Origin: Thermoplasmata archaeon
GTDB lineage: Archaea > Thermoplasmatota > Thermoplasmata > UBA10834
Direction: 5' to 3'
DNA: 64,000 nucleotides
NCBI GenBank assembly: GCA_020696365.1
Contig: JAEHCM010000002.1
Location: forward strand, 18,751-82,750
Positions 12,516-22,791 of this stretch are shown here, in pieces; positions within the stretch are counted from its first letter, which is position 1; every line of letters starts with the position of its first letter. Position numbers and translations under genes: made by a program. The notes under the pieces were generated by a model. That model was not told the origin of the DNA, made no database searches, and saw only the letters and a list, made by a program, of their open reading frames with translations.

Positions 12516-13349
12516 ATGAATATCGATGTTCTTGAGATGACGCCTACCAAGGCGGAGTTCGTTATAAGCGACACAAACCACACCTTCGCCAACGCGATGA
12601 GGAGGATCATCGTGGCCGACGTTCCGAAGATGGCCATCAACGACGTCGAATTCCACCTCGGACCGATCATGGACGAGGGGAGCCAGGCGTACGAGAGCAT
12701 CTCCCCGCTGTTCGACGAGGTCGTCGCGCACAGGCTGTCGTTGGTGCCGATCCCGACGGACCTCGATAAGTTCAATCTGAAGGAGACGTGCGCATGCGGA
12801 GGCGAGGGATGCCCGTCATGCACCATCATGTACTCGCTCAACAAGAAGGGGCCATGCACCGTATACTCGGGCGACCTCGAGCCGCTGGGGAACGAGGAAT
12901 TCAGGATTAAGGACGATCTCATACCGATCGTGAAGCTGGCGGACGACCAGGCGCTGCTCGTGTATGCCACTGCGGAACTCGGCACTGGCAGGCAGCACGC
13001 CAAGTGGCAGGCCACCGTCGGCGCTGGCTACAGGTACTTCGCAAACATAGAGATCGACGGAAGCAAGTGCGATGTCGGGTGCTCGTGCGTCGAGATATGC
13101 CCCAAGGGCGTGCTCGCGAAGGACGGCAGGAAGGTCGTCGTCAAGCACCCCGAGAAGTGCAACCTGTGCAACTCCTGCGTCGAGATGTGCGAGACCGAGG
13201 CGATTAAGGTCACGGCAGACCCGACCAAGATACTGTTCAGGTTCGAGACGGACGGATCCGTCCCCGCGAAGGACATCTTGCTCAAGGGGCTGAAGATACT
13301 CGAGGAGCGGTTCGAGCAGGTCAGGGATCAGATATCATCGCTCAAGTGA
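12516..13349 (+). CDS. rpoD: DNA-directed RNA polymerase subunit D (Rpo3) with a ferredoxin-like Cys-cluster domain
   Basis: NTFANAMRRIIVADVPKMAI N-terminus. Two Cys clusters: CDVGCSCVEICP and CNLCNSCVEMC. Confidence 0.9.
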   Translation: MNIDVLEMTPTKAEFVISDTNHTFANAMRRIIVADVPKMAINDVEFHLGPIMDEGSQAYESISPLFDEVVAHRLSLVPIPTDLDKFNLKETCACGGEGCPSCTIMYSLNKKGPCTVYSGDLEPLGNEEFRIKDDLIPIVKLADDQALLVYATAELGTGRQHAKWQATVGAGYRYFANIEIDGSKCDVGCSCVEICPKGVLAKDGRKVVVKHPEKCNLCNSCVEMCETEAIKVTADPTKILFRFETDGSVPAKDILLKGLKILEERFEQVRDQISSLK

Positions 13350-13411
13350 GCGGCTCCTGAACCTGCCGGCTCTTCACTGATTGCGAATCCAAGCTTCGGC
13401 CACGTAAACGG

Positions 13412-16400
13412 TCAGACGAACTCGTCCAGTTTCGAGTTCCTGATTTTGTCCGACTGGAAGAGCGAGCTGATCGCATTCTCCAGAATGGATATCCGCTGGA
13501 GGGTGTAGGGCGAGACCCTGTATGTGTTTCCGATGCGCTTCGCGGTCTCAAGGTACTTGCTGACCCCCGCCTCGTGAACGGTTAGCGTGAGCCTGTTACC
13601 GCAGTAGCACATGCCCTTCAACGGTATCCGCCTGTACTTCGCGTTGCATTTAGCACACCTCAGCTGCTGCCCGGTGAACCGTCTCAGGCTTCCCTGGGTG
13701 TCCGGGAGCAGATGGCGCGTGATTATCCTGTGGACCACATCGGACACGTCCACCGCCCTGATCTTCACGCCGAGCGCTATCTGCGCTTCGAGCTTCTCGA
13801 CCATCGAGCCAAGAGCAGTATAGGCCGATGTGACGGGGCCCTCGGATATTCGGCTCATGCCGTGCGTGAAGCCCAGGCCCTCGTACTGGAGGACGGTCCC
13901 GATCCTGCCAGATATGAGGTCCATGGCAGGCTCTACTTCCTTGGGGTGAGCGAACCTCTGCGCGGCCTTGTAGAACTCGAGCGGATATGCGTACGACACA
14001 TCGATATTGTGCGCCTCCTTGTCTATCTCGTTCGGGTCCAGCTTGGTGGTCAGCACCAGAGGGGCGTCCATGAGGCCGCCCCTGCGCTCCGGTAGGAACG
14101 ACCGCGAGAAGTTGAGAAGGCAGTCCATGAGTAGTATGATCGAATCCTCGTCACCGTCGCAGTTCCGTCTCTTGGCGGCGTGGAAGAACGGATGGGCGTA
14201 GCCCACGTGGGCGTCCGTGAACCCGACAACCCGGGATAGCACCCCACCGGACGTGTGAGGAGCCAGGCCGACCACGAGGTGTCCCACGAGGTCCTGCTTG
14301 ACTCTCAACCTGTAGAACGCCTCCAGACCGTAGAACTTCTCAAGCAGCTCGTCCACGAACCTTGCCGTGGACATCATATACTCGACGCATGAATCGGGTA
14401 TGACGACATCCTGCACCTTGAGCTCGAGGAGGTCGTCCGGACTCTCGATGTCGTTCCCCTCCGCGGTCTTGGCATAGCCGAGCCTGCGCGCGGTCTCCAC
14501 ATCGATTCCGACCTCGGATGGGGTGAAGTGAGTCAGCGGGACATCGGTCGCATCCACCCTGATAGTGCCGTCCTTGAAAACGAACACGCCGTTCCGCGCG
14601 CGGAGCACACCCTTCTCGATCGATTCCGGCGTCTTGCTCTTGGAAATCATGCCCTGGACTCCCTTGATGTCCAGGCTGCGTCCGTTCGTCAGTTCAAGGG
14701 CGGACCGCAGCATCTCGGCCACGGGCACGCTCTGGATTGACATCTTCCCAGTGAACACCGTGTGCGCGCCGCAGCCGCACTTGCAGGAGAAAGTCACCGT
14801 TCCGCACATGGGGCACGACCTCTCACCCAACTGGGTTCGGATGACACCTACGTTGGCGGCCTCGCTGATAAGCCTCTGGGGGCCACCGTACGACCCGACC
14901 GGGAACAGGCAGTGCGGTGGCGGTTTCATGCGTCTCTCGCGCGCCTTCTCCGGGCGGGCCACCCTAGCACCGATCCTGGTGACCGCCCGAGCGCGGACCT
15001 CAAGACCCGAGAGGGTCGATACCAGTTCCAGCGAGCTGTCGGTCTCGGGGATTGTGGTCTCCGTCTCCGCGACCCTGCCGTCGGTCGCTTTCAACCCCAG
15101 CCCGAGGAGGAGAGGGGCAGCCAACTCATCTAGGACGACCCTGTTGGCTATCACCGAGTGCAACGCCCCCAGCAGTTCCAGAGCACCCTTGTGCTCTTCG
15201 TCGAGGGGGATGCTCAGCCTGCCGTCCGTCCACTCCGCAGCGGAAACCAGGTATCCGCGCAGGTCGAGTAGGCGCTTCACATCCACGTCTGACCAGAACA
15301 GGTTGTACTTGGGATGGAGCGGGACCTTGAGTTCCGTCGATATCTCGATCGCCCTGTCGAAGGACGGGCTTATCCAATCTTCAGGCAGGTCGGGACCCCG
15401 GGCATTCAGCTCCTCCCGGTACCATTCGAGGGTGAGTCCAGAAGGCATCAGGAAGTGGTTGTTCTCGACGAACTCGCCGTATGGGACCAGGAGCTCACCG
15501 ACATCCACGATCTCCTTCACGCGGCCGCGTATCTCAAACGCCTCCGCGGTAGTGTTGGCCTGAACGAGGTCGCCGTTCTCGAGCAGCACGATCGGCCCCT
15601 CAATAGAGTCGCAGGGTGTTATCGCGCCCGCCTTACCGGGACGCTCTATCTTGAGCTGGGTGCCTATGGCGACGAAGTCGTCCAGTACGATCATGGTTGC
15701 AGGGTTCATACCCAGCGCCGCGAGCCCGGTCGCCCGGGTGCGGCCATATCTGAGCCTGAAACCGCCGACCCTCGACGGATACGCCAGCACGGGTCTTCCG
15801 GCTAGCATGTCCTTGAGGAACTTGGCGCTCGGAGCTATCTCCACGGCGCCATCCACCTGTCCCTTCGTCTTGAGGTTGATGAAGTCGTCTATGTGCTCCC
15901 AGCCATCTATCCTCAGGCGCTTCACGTGCTTCTGGAGCTTCGGGGCCTTGAGGCATAGACCCTCTGCGATAACGAGGCACGCCCCACCCCTGACCCGGTT
16001 CGTCGCTATCCTCGGAAGGTCCCTGAACCCTGATATCTCGGCGTCCTCGGTTCCCTCGCCGTCGACGCACACGGGCACGTTGCTCGCCATTATCTCGATC
16101 TCCTCGTTGGAAGGAGTGTACTGCAGATGCTGGCAGGACTTGTAGAGGGGTATCTCCTCCTTCAGCCTCAGCACCTCCGGCCCTGTCGGAGCGTACCTTC
16201 CGAGCCCGACCTCGCGCCGGACGACATCTGCAATCAAGACGCTCATCGCTTGACCGGTCCCACCGGCGGACCTTATCGGGCCTGCGAAATAGACGGTCAG
16301 GTAGTCGGAGCCATCGGAGTTCCTGTTGATCGAGACCCCTGCGATCCCCTCCAGGGGCGCGACTAGGATGCCTTCGGTCAACACCGCCAGGCCTAACCTG

Positions 16401-16690
16401 ATGGCCCTCTCCACCGCGAACTCGGGCGTCTTCGCCGGGAGTTTCGCGTATTCCTTGGCGATCAGGAGCGAGACCTCCTCTCGGTCATGGTCGACGCTCA
16501 GCTCGCGTATCCTGTCCGCCACGCCGTCCACCTCCCATTCGAACAGCAGCTTCTCCACCCTGGCTGCAAGGTCTGAAGCCTGGGGGATCTCGACGTCCAG
16601 CTCGGGGTCGAAACCCTTCATCCTGGCGCGCTTGGCGACGTCGTAGCAGACGTCTACCTCACGCTGGAGCGATGAAAAATAGTCCTGCAT
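13412..16690 (-). CDS. polC: DNA polymerase II (PolD) large subunit DP2
   Basis: About 1090 aa. N-terminus MQDYFSSLQREVDVCYDVAKRARMKGFDP. Internal zinc modules CPMCGTVTFSCKCGCGAH and CAKCNAKYRRIPLKGMCYCG. ATG at 16690 chosen over the longest ORF start 16732. Confidence 0.92.
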   Translation of the reverse strand: MQDYFSSLQREVDVCYDVAKRARMKGFDPELDVEIPQASDLAARVEKLLFEWEVDGVADRIRELSVDHDREEVSLLIAKEYAKLPAKTPEFAVERAIRLGLAVLTEGILVAPLEGIAGVSINRNSDGSDYLTVYFAGPIRSAGGTGQAMSVLIADVVRREVGLGRYAPTGPEVLRLKEEIPLYKSCQHLQYTPSNEEIEIMASNVPVCVDGEGTEDAEISGFRDLPRIATNRVRGGACLVIAEGLCLKAPKLQKHVKRLRIDGWEHIDDFINLKTKGQVDGAVEIAPSAKFLKDMLAGRPVLAYPSRVGGFRLRYGRTRATGLAALGMNPATMIVLDDFVAIGTQLKIERPGKAGAITPCDSIEGPIVLLENGDLVQANTTAEAFEIRGRVKEIVDVGELLVPYGEFVENNHFLMPSGLTLEWYREELNARGPDLPEDWISPSFDRAIEISTELKVPLHPKYNLFWSDVDVKRLLDLRGYLVSAAEWTDGRLSIPLDEEHKGALELLGALHSVIANRVVLDELAAPLLLGLGLKATDGRVAETETTIPETDSSLELVSTLSGLEVRARAVTRIGARVARPEKARERRMKPPPHCLFPVGSYGGPQRLISEAANVGVIRTQLGERSCPMCGTVTFSCKCGCGAHTVFTGKMSIQSVPVAEMLRSALELTNGRSLDIKGVQGMISKSKTPESIEKGVLRARNGVFVFKDGTIRVDATDVPLTHFTPSEVGIDVETARRLGYAKTAEGNDIESPDDLLELKVQDVVIPDSCVEYMMSTARFVDELLEKFYGLEAFYRLRVKQDLVGHLVVGLAPHTSGGVLSRVVGFTDAHVGYAHPFFHAAKRRNCDGDEDSIILLMDCLLNFSRSFLPERRGGLMDAPLVLTTKLDPNEIDKEAHNIDVSYAYPLEFYKAAQRFAHPKEVEPAMDLISGRIGTVLQYEGLGFTHGMSRISEGPVTSAYTALGSMVEKLEAQIALGVKIRAVDVSDVVHRIITRHLLPDTQGSLRRFTGQQLRCAKCNAKYRRIPLKGMCYCGNRLTLTVHEAGVSKYLETAKRIGNTYRVSPYTLQRISILENAISSLFQSDKIRNSKLDEFV

Positions 16691-16824
16691 GGACTCGCTG
16701 CAAACGACGCCTCTCATTCCCCACCCCCTCAAAGAACATCGACAAGGGCGGAAGCTCCGACCCGCGCCGATGCGGTAGCATTAGGTGCGATCCGGAAGCT
16801 AATCGCCAAATCGCACTATAAGCG

Positions 16825-17793
16825 TTACTGAGGCTTGAGGTGGTCAACCAACGCATCGACCAGCTCTGGCACACCGGCTCCCGTCGATGCGGATATCTTC
16901 ATCCTGTCTGATTCCGACACGAGGAGATCGGTCTTGTTCTCGACCTCGATTATCGGGATCGAACCGAACTCGGAACGCAGGTCGGAGAGCAGGTTGTTCT
17001 GCTGTGCCACGGTGTAACCGCATGTCTCGCTCAGGTCCAGGACGAACACGACGACATGGGCAAGGTATTTCAGCGCCAGGACCGCGCGAAGCTCCATCGT
17101 GTTCCTCTCGTTGAACGGACGATCCAGCAGCCCCGGTGTATCGATGATCTGATATCGCAGGTACTTGCGCTCGAACACCCCCACGGATATCTCCTGCGTC
17201 GTGAACGGGTACACCGCCACCCTCGGCTTGACGGTGGATATCTGCCCCACCAGCTGGCTTTTGCCGACGTTCGGGGCGCCTGCGATCACCGCGGTCGGAA
17301 CAGATGGGTCGATGGCGGGGAACTTCCTCATAGTGTCCCTCGCGCGCCCGAGAAATACCAGCTCCTTGCGGACCTGCTTCACGAACGAGGACATCCTGCC
17401 GTACGCGGCGTTCCTCAGGTTGTCAATCATTTCCATGTTTCTGGCCGCGGCCATGTCCCTCGTCGTCTGTCTCGCCACCCGAGCCACGTTGCCCCGGGAC
17501 CAGTCCAGGGCGCCCAAGCACTTTTTCAGCTTGTCCCGACTGATCGTGACATCGATGAGTTCGGAGTAGAACGGGCTGAGCCGGTCGATGCTTGGAAAGG
17601 CCTTCACGTACCGCCCCATAGTGGTCACGATGATGTCGCTCGAAGACTTGATCTTGGATATGTTCGTCGCCCTCACGGAGTCCAAGCGAGTAGCGCCGCT
17701 ATGTTCGACCTTGGAGGCCTTCCTGAAGGCCTTGTCCAGTATCTCGTCCGCCATAAGGACCGTGGGTATGTCAAACATGTACTTCGTCCCCAT
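16825..17793 (-). CDS. NOG1-family GTP-binding protein
   Basis: G1 GAPNVGKS, G3 DTPG, G4 NKTD, with a NOG1-type N-terminal helical region. The first 113 codons of the 435-aa ORF have antisense-like composition. ATG at 17793 (or 17778) chosen. Confidence 0.8.
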   Translation of the reverse strand: MGTKYMFDIPTVLMADEILDKAFRKASKVEHSGATRLDSVRATNISKIKSSSDIIVTTMGRYVKAFPSIDRLSPFYSELIDVTISRDKLKKCLGALDWSRGNVARVARQTTRDMAAARNMEMIDNLRNAAYGRMSSFVKQVRKELVFLGRARDTMRKFPAIDPSVPTAVIAGAPNVGKSQLVGQISTVKPRVAVYPFTTQEISVGVFERKYLRYQIIDTPGLLDRPFNERNTMELRAVLALKYLAHVVVFVLDLSETCGYTVAQQNNLLSDLRSEFGSIPIIEVENKTDLLVSESDRMKISASTGAGVPELVDALVDHLKPQ

Positions 17794-17877
17794 GAAGGGA
17801 ACATGAGATAAAGCCTCCCCTCGCCCTCTGGCCCAAAAGCCTCTTATCGAACACTCGTCTATCTGACGTCGAAGACA

Positions 17878-19518
17878 ATGAGGAACATCAGGGCTAGAAG
17901 GGGGAAGGAACTGGCCTGTAAGGGCTGGCGCCAGGAGGCCATCCTTCGCATGCTCCAGAACAACCTGGAGAATGCCGAGAAGCCGGAGGAGCTGATCATC
18001 TACGGCGGGACGGGTAAGGCGGCCAGAAACTGGGACAGCTACGATGCCATCGTCGAGTCCCTGACCGACCTCGAGGATGACGAGACCCTGCTGGTCCAGT
18101 CGGGCAAGCCCGTCGGGGTGTTCAGGACACACAGCCTTGCCCCGAGGGTACTCATCGCGAACTCACACCTCGTCCCGCGCTGGTCCACCTGGGAGGTGTT
18201 CCACGAGCTTGAGGCGAAGGGGTTGATCATGTACGGCCAGATGACGGCCGGAGGCTGGGCGTACATCGGCACCCAGGGGATACTCCAAGGGACCTACGAG
18301 ACCTTCGCGGCTTGTGCGCGCAAGAGCTTCGACGGCACTCTGAAGGGGAGGCTCGTGCTCACAGGCGGCCTGGGTGGCATGGGAGGCGCCCAGCCGCTGG
18401 CAGTGACGATGAACGGCGGCGTGTGCCTCGCAGTCGAGTGCGACCGCGCACGGATCGATAGGCGCGTGAGCAAAGGCTACTGTGACATTCTGATGGAGGA
18501 TCTCGACGAGGCCATCGACGCCGCCCTCGAGGCGAAGAAGGAGGGCAGGCAGCTGTCGATCGGGTTGTTAGGAAACTGTGCCGAGACGCACCCCGCGATC
18601 GTCGACATGGGAATCGTACCGGACGTCGTCACCGACCAGACATCGGCCCATGACGAGCTCGACGGATACATCCCGACGGGGCTGAGCATCGACGAGGCGG
18701 AAGCATTGAGAACAGCCGATCCCGAGGAGTACAGGAAGAGGGCCTTCGATAGCATCGCAACCCACGTGAGGGCGATGCTGAAGTCCATGGAGAAAGGTTC
18801 GGTCGTCTTCGACTACGGCAACAACATCCGCGCCCAGGCCGTGAAGGGTGGCGTCGAGGGCGCGTTCTCGTTCCAAGGGTTCGTGCCGCTGTACATACGC
18901 CCGATGTTCTGCGAAGGGCGCGGGCCTTTCAGATGGGTGGCAATATCCGGCGATCCAGATGATATCCTGAAGACGGATGCCGTCGTCATGAGGGAGTTCA
19001 GCGACAATGCCCAGCTGGTCAATTGGATTAAGCTCGCCCAGGAGAAGGTGCCGTTCGAGGGCCTCCCCGCACGAGTCTGCTGGCTGGGATACGGCGAGAG
19101 GGCGCGGTTCGGCAAGATCATAAACCAGATGGTCGGCAGTGGCGAACTGAGCGGACCGATTGTGATCACGCGAGACCACCTCGACTGCGGTTCCGTCGCG
19201 TCACCCAACAGGGAGACCGAAGGCATGAGAGATGGCAGCGATGCGGTCGCGGACTGGCCGATGTTGAATGCGCTCCTGAACGCGGTGGCGGGGGCGGACT
19301 TGGTGGCTATACACAACGGCGGCGGAGTCGGGATAGGCTATTCGACCCATGCAGGCCTGCTCGCAGTGGCGGACGGCACAGCTGATGCTGAGGAACGGCT
19401 CGAAAGGGTTCTCACGACTGACCCCGGGATGGGCATAGTGAGGCACGCGGACGCAGGATACCCTGAGGCCATCGACATGGCGAGAAAGAAAAAATTGAGG
19501 ATACCGATGCTAGAATGA
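17878..19518 (+). CDS. hutU: Urocanate hydratase
   Basis: 546 aa; [10 protein letters not shown] and [13 protein letters not shown] (NAD site); overall urocanase layout. Confidence 0.92.
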   Translation: MRNIRARRGKELACKGWRQEAILRMLQNNLENAEKPEELIIYGGTGKAARNWDSYDAIVESLTDLEDDETLLVQSGKPVGVFRTHSLAPRVLIANSHLVPRWSTWEVFHELEAKGLIMYGQMTAGGWAYIGTQGILQGTYETFAACARKSFDGTLKGRLVLTGGLGGMGGAQPLAVTMNGGVCLAVECDRARIDRRVSKGYCDILMEDLDEAIDAALEAKKEGRQLSIGLLGNCAETHPAIVDMGIVPDVVTDQTSAHDELDGYIPTGLSIDEAEALRTADPEEYRKRAFDSIATHVRAMLKSMEKGSVVFDYGNNIRAQAVKGGVEGAFSFQGFVPLYIRPMFCEGRGPFRWVAISGDPDDILKTDAVVMREFSDNAQLVNWIKLAQEKVPFEGLPARVCWLGYGERARFGKIINQMVGSGELSGPIVITRDHLDCGSVASPNRETEGMRDGSDAVADWPMLNALLNAVAGADLVAIHNGGGVGIGYSTHAGLLAVADGTADAEERLERVLTTDPGMGIVRHADAGYPEAIDMARKKKLRIPMLE

Positions 19519-19556
19519 CAAGGGATAAGGGGTTCCCATGAAATCGGGGTTGGATC

Positions 19557-20834
19557 ATGTGTAATGGCGTCCGACTACATCTCGGCTGCGGCAACGTTCA
19601 CAGGGCAGGTTATGTGAACGTAGACCTGTTTGATTCGAGCGTCGCAGACGTGAAGGGAGACGTCACGAGACTACCGTTCGCGACCGCCTCCGCGGATGGA
19701 ATCGAGGCGTTTCACGTCATAGAGCACTTCGACTACATACACTGCAAGTACGCTCTTTCCGAATGGTTCAGGGTCCTGAAGGGCGGTGGGGAGTTGGTAT
19801 TGGAGACGCCAGAAATATCGGAGACGTTCAAGCAGTTCCTGAAATCGGATGAGAACTCACAGGAGAAGAGGCTCCAATGGATATACGGGATCGACAGCCC
19901 CGGAATGCAGCACAAGGTCGGCTTTTCCTCCAAGCTCTTGCAGAGACTCTTGCACGAGTGTGGTTTCGTGAGGACAAAGCGCGAGGAGGCAACGACTCAT
20001 CTCTACGAGGCAGGCATGAGGATAGTGTGCCGGAAGCCGACTATCGACAAGACCGCCGAGTTCGCAGCATCGTTCAGATGGAGAGTACTCGCCGAGCTCG
20101 GCCCAATCGACTCCTACGTCATGATCCCGTTGGAGAAGCACGTGCAGGAAGTGATTGCAGACATTCGAGGAAATCGTGTCCCGGCCTCGGCGGACATCAT
20201 GGCAATCTCGGCGAAGACGGCCGCGGTGAATCCCGGAATCGCCATAGCCATCCTGACTTCCTGGATGGAATCTGCAGACGTGAATTCTGGCGACCTGGAA
20301 TGCGCACTATCCAAGATACGAGATCTCCGGGACAGGAGAATTCATGAAAGAGCTTTGACCCTTTGGATCAGGGCCAAGAAGGAAGGGGCTCTGGACAAGC
20401 AGTTTCGGACATTCACTGAAAGGCTTGGGAAAGACATCCTTGCCTATCTGATGGACCGCGAACCGGATGACATAAGCTATCTTCTCAGTCTTGAACCCGA
20501 ACGGATACCCCTCTTTGATTTTGAGCTCGTCCTCATGGACGTAAGGATGCGGGTAAACAGGGGCGTAAGAAAGTTCGCGTCCGACGACCTCAGTGGAGCC
20601 AGAGCGATCCTGGAGGTTGCAGCGACGGAGAACCCAGACAATCTATACGCCCATTGGAACCTTGCAAGGTTGGGTGCCGTTGCAGGCTCAGATAGCGGGT
20701 ATGTCGAACGGCACTACAATAAGGCCGTGTCACTCTCCCGCGACGCGAGGCTTAAGGGTGCCATCAAGGATGAACTCGCCTCGTACATGGCAGACGGGGC
20801 TCCTGCGGTCAGAACCACTCCAGTAACAGAATGA
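19557..20834 (+). CDS. Class I SAM-dependent methyltransferase with a long helical (TPR-like) C-terminal region
   Basis: Motif I LHLGCGNV and the ADGIEAFHVIEHF post-I region (Methyltransf_11-like). About 250 aa of helical C-terminus. Confidence 0.7.
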   Translation: MCNGVRLHLGCGNVHRAGYVNVDLFDSSVADVKGDVTRLPFATASADGIEAFHVIEHFDYIHCKYALSEWFRVLKGGGELVLETPEISETFKQFLKSDENSQEKRLQWIYGIDSPGMQHKVGFSSKLLQRLLHECGFVRTKREEATTHLYEAGMRIVCRKPTIDKTAEFAASFRWRVLAELGPIDSYVMIPLEKHVQEVIADIRGNRVPASADIMAISAKTAAVNPGIAIAILTSWMESADVNSGDLECALSKIRDLRDRRIHERALTLWIRAKKEGALDKQFRTFTERLGKDILAYLMDREPDDISYLLSLEPERIPLFDFELVLMDVRMRVNRGVRKFASDDLSGARAILEVAATENPDNLYAHWNLARLGAVAGSDSGYVERHYNKAVSLSRDARLKGAIKDELASYMADGAPAVRTTPVTE

Positions 20835-20895
20835 TGTTCCGGCCGCTTTGACTTCCAGGTCAACAGAATGCGAATCGTAATATAGCCCAGTTCGC

Positions 20896-21303
20896 ATGAA
20901 GAAGATGATGGGTTCGAAGTTGTCCGAGGTCGGCGGGGAGCTCGGCGTCGAGAGAAATGATGTCGATGCAATCAAGAGGATACGATTCAAGCGACTCCTG
21001 TTCAAGAGAATCTTCGGCTGGATGGTTCCGCTCCTGGCTTTCGTCGTCGGGTTCTTCGCCGGGGGGGCGCTGCCTTCCTCAACTAGCGTCTACCCCTACG
21101 CGGCGGCGACGTTCGTGTTCAACTACAAGGCGTTCTCGACCAAGACCAAGTTCACTATACTCGGCACGGCGATACTGTCGGTCGTGGTATTCATCTTGGG
21201 ATTCGTCCTCGGCGGCGACTCGCCGAAGGATTATCCACTCGTGCCGAAGTACACTGTTTCCCCAGCATACGGGGTCTTTCATGTCCAAGGAACGGTGACA
21301 TGA
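20896..21303 (+). CDS. Small membrane protein, paralog 1 (YPYAAA motif)
   Basis: 135 aa with two hydrophobic segments. It aligns with the next ORF over LGV..DV.AIK..R...W.VP...YPYAAA. Confidence 0.6.
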   Translation: MKKMMGSKLSEVGGELGVERNDVDAIKRIRFKRLLFKRIFGWMVPLLAFVVGFFAGGALPSSTSVYPYAAATFVFNYKAFSTKTKFTILGTAILSVVVFILGFVLGGDSPKDYPLVPKYTVSPAYGVFHVQGTVT

Positions 21304-21689
21304 TGAACAACCAGGTTCAGACCATAGAAGGGCTTGGCGTCACCGCGAAAGACGTATCCGCGATCAAGACGGTCAGATCCAGAGAGAGGCTCGTCGGTTT
21401 TCTCAGATCATGGTGGGTCCCGATTGCATCCTCTGCGTCTGGGCTCGTAGCAGGGCTTGCACCGATGCTCGCGCTGGAGGGGAAGGCGGCTTCTACATAC
21501 CCTTACGCGGCCGCAATGGCCTCTGGCGCCATGGTCACAACGGCGGCATCCCGCAAACCCGTCGGTTTTTTGCTGCTGGTAGCGGTGCCGGTGTTCCTCT
21601 TCGCCTTCATAGCAGGTCTCGGCATAGGGGATGCGGTGAACGGAGACAGTCAGTTCGGAGTTGGTACCTTCTACGGGGTGCAGAAATAA
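21300..21689 (+). CDS. Small membrane protein, paralog 2 (YPYAAA motif)
   Basis: 129 aa; ATGA overlap with paralog 1; same conserved blocks. Confidence 0.6.
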   Translation: MMNNQVQTIEGLGVTAKDVSAIKTVRSRERLVGFLRSWWVPIASSASGLVAGLAPMLALEGKAASTYPYAAAMASGAMVTTAASRKPVGFLLLVAVPVFLFAFIAGLGIGDAVNGDSQFGVGTFYGVQK

Positions 21690-21708
21690 TTACGGGAGAC
21701 GGGCCGGA

Positions 21709-22731
21709 TTGATAAGACCTATATCTCTCGATTGTGCCATCTGGGAGCTGACATTGCGATGCAATCTCAGATGCACCCATTGCGGGTCGTCCGCCGGACA
21801 GGCGAGGCCTGATGAGCTGACCACCGAGGAGGCGTTCAGGATGTGCGAGGGCCTCGCCTCTGTCGGTTGCAAGGAGGTGTCGCTCATGGGTGGAGAGCCG
21901 CTTCTCAGGGAGGACTTCGTCGCTATATCGAAATGCGTGGTTCAGCTAGGGATGAAGCTCAGCATAGTCTCGAACGGATTGCTGATAGCGCAACATGTGG
22001 ACAGCATCCAACAACTGAAGCCTGAGGTAGTCGGCATCAGCTTGGACGGCATGAGGGATACCCATGAGACGATACGCGGACAGGGAACCTGGGCAAGGGC
22101 TGTTAAGGCTATCGATCTGTTGAAGGCCCGCGGCGTGCCGACAACGGTCATCACGACTGTGAGCAAACTCAACTACAAGGACCTGCCAGAGATGAGAGAG
22201 CTGCTGAGGTCGAAGGATGTCAACTGGCAGATCCAAACCGCCATGCCCTTCGGCAACTTCCGCAAAGAGCAGACATTGTCCCCTGAAGAGTTCTACTCCA
22301 CCGCGTTGTTCATCGCCAAGGAGAGGATCAGGGGCAAACAGGACAGGATAAGGGTTGCTGGGGCTCACTGCTACGGATACTTCTCAAAGGTCCTTCCGGG
22401 ATGCTCGTGGGACGGATGCACAGCGGGCATCTCGACGATAGGCATCACCAGTAACGGCGGCATAGTTGGCTGTCTGTCCATGGGGAACGACCGGTACTTC
22501 GAGGGGAATGTGAGGGACAGGGCCTTCGCGGACATCTGGAGCGACCCCGGTGCCTTCCCGTACACAAGAAAGTTCAGTCGTGAACAGCTCGGGGAGAACT
22601 GCACGGGATGCAAGTACGGCGCCAAGTGCGAAGGCGGGTGCAATTCCGTGTCTCTCGCGCTGACGGGCAAGATGCACAACAACCCCCACTGCTTCTACTC
22701 GATCGAGAAACGCCTGAAGAGGTCGCTCTAA
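21709..22731 (+). CDS. Radical SAM protein with a C-terminal SPASM-type auxiliary Cys cluster
   Basis: CNLRCTHCG (CxxxCxxC) near the N-terminus. C-terminal CTGCKYGAKCEGGC plus additional Cys. Start ambiguous: TTG at 21709 lies after the previous stop, while the longest ORF starts at 21661. Confidence 0.8.
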   Translation: MIRPISLDCAIWELTLRCNLRCTHCGSSAGQARPDELTTEEAFRMCEGLASVGCKEVSLMGGEPLLREDFVAISKCVVQLGMKLSIVSNGLLIAQHVDSIQQLKPEVVGISLDGMRDTHETIRGQGTWARAVKAIDLLKARGVPTTVITTVSKLNYKDLPEMRELLRSKDVNWQIQTAMPFGNFRKEQTLSPEEFYSTALFIAKERIRGKQDRIRVAGAHCYGYFSKVLPGCSWDGCTAGISTIGITSNGGIVGCLSMGNDRYFEGNVRDRAFADIWSDPGAFPYTRKFSREQLGENCTGCKYGAKCEGGCNSVSLALTGKMHNNPHCFYSIEKRLKRSL

Positions 22732-22791
22732 TATCGACTCGCCCGGCAAAGAGTAATTACGCAGGAATCTGATGAGCCGTCGGAGAACGTG

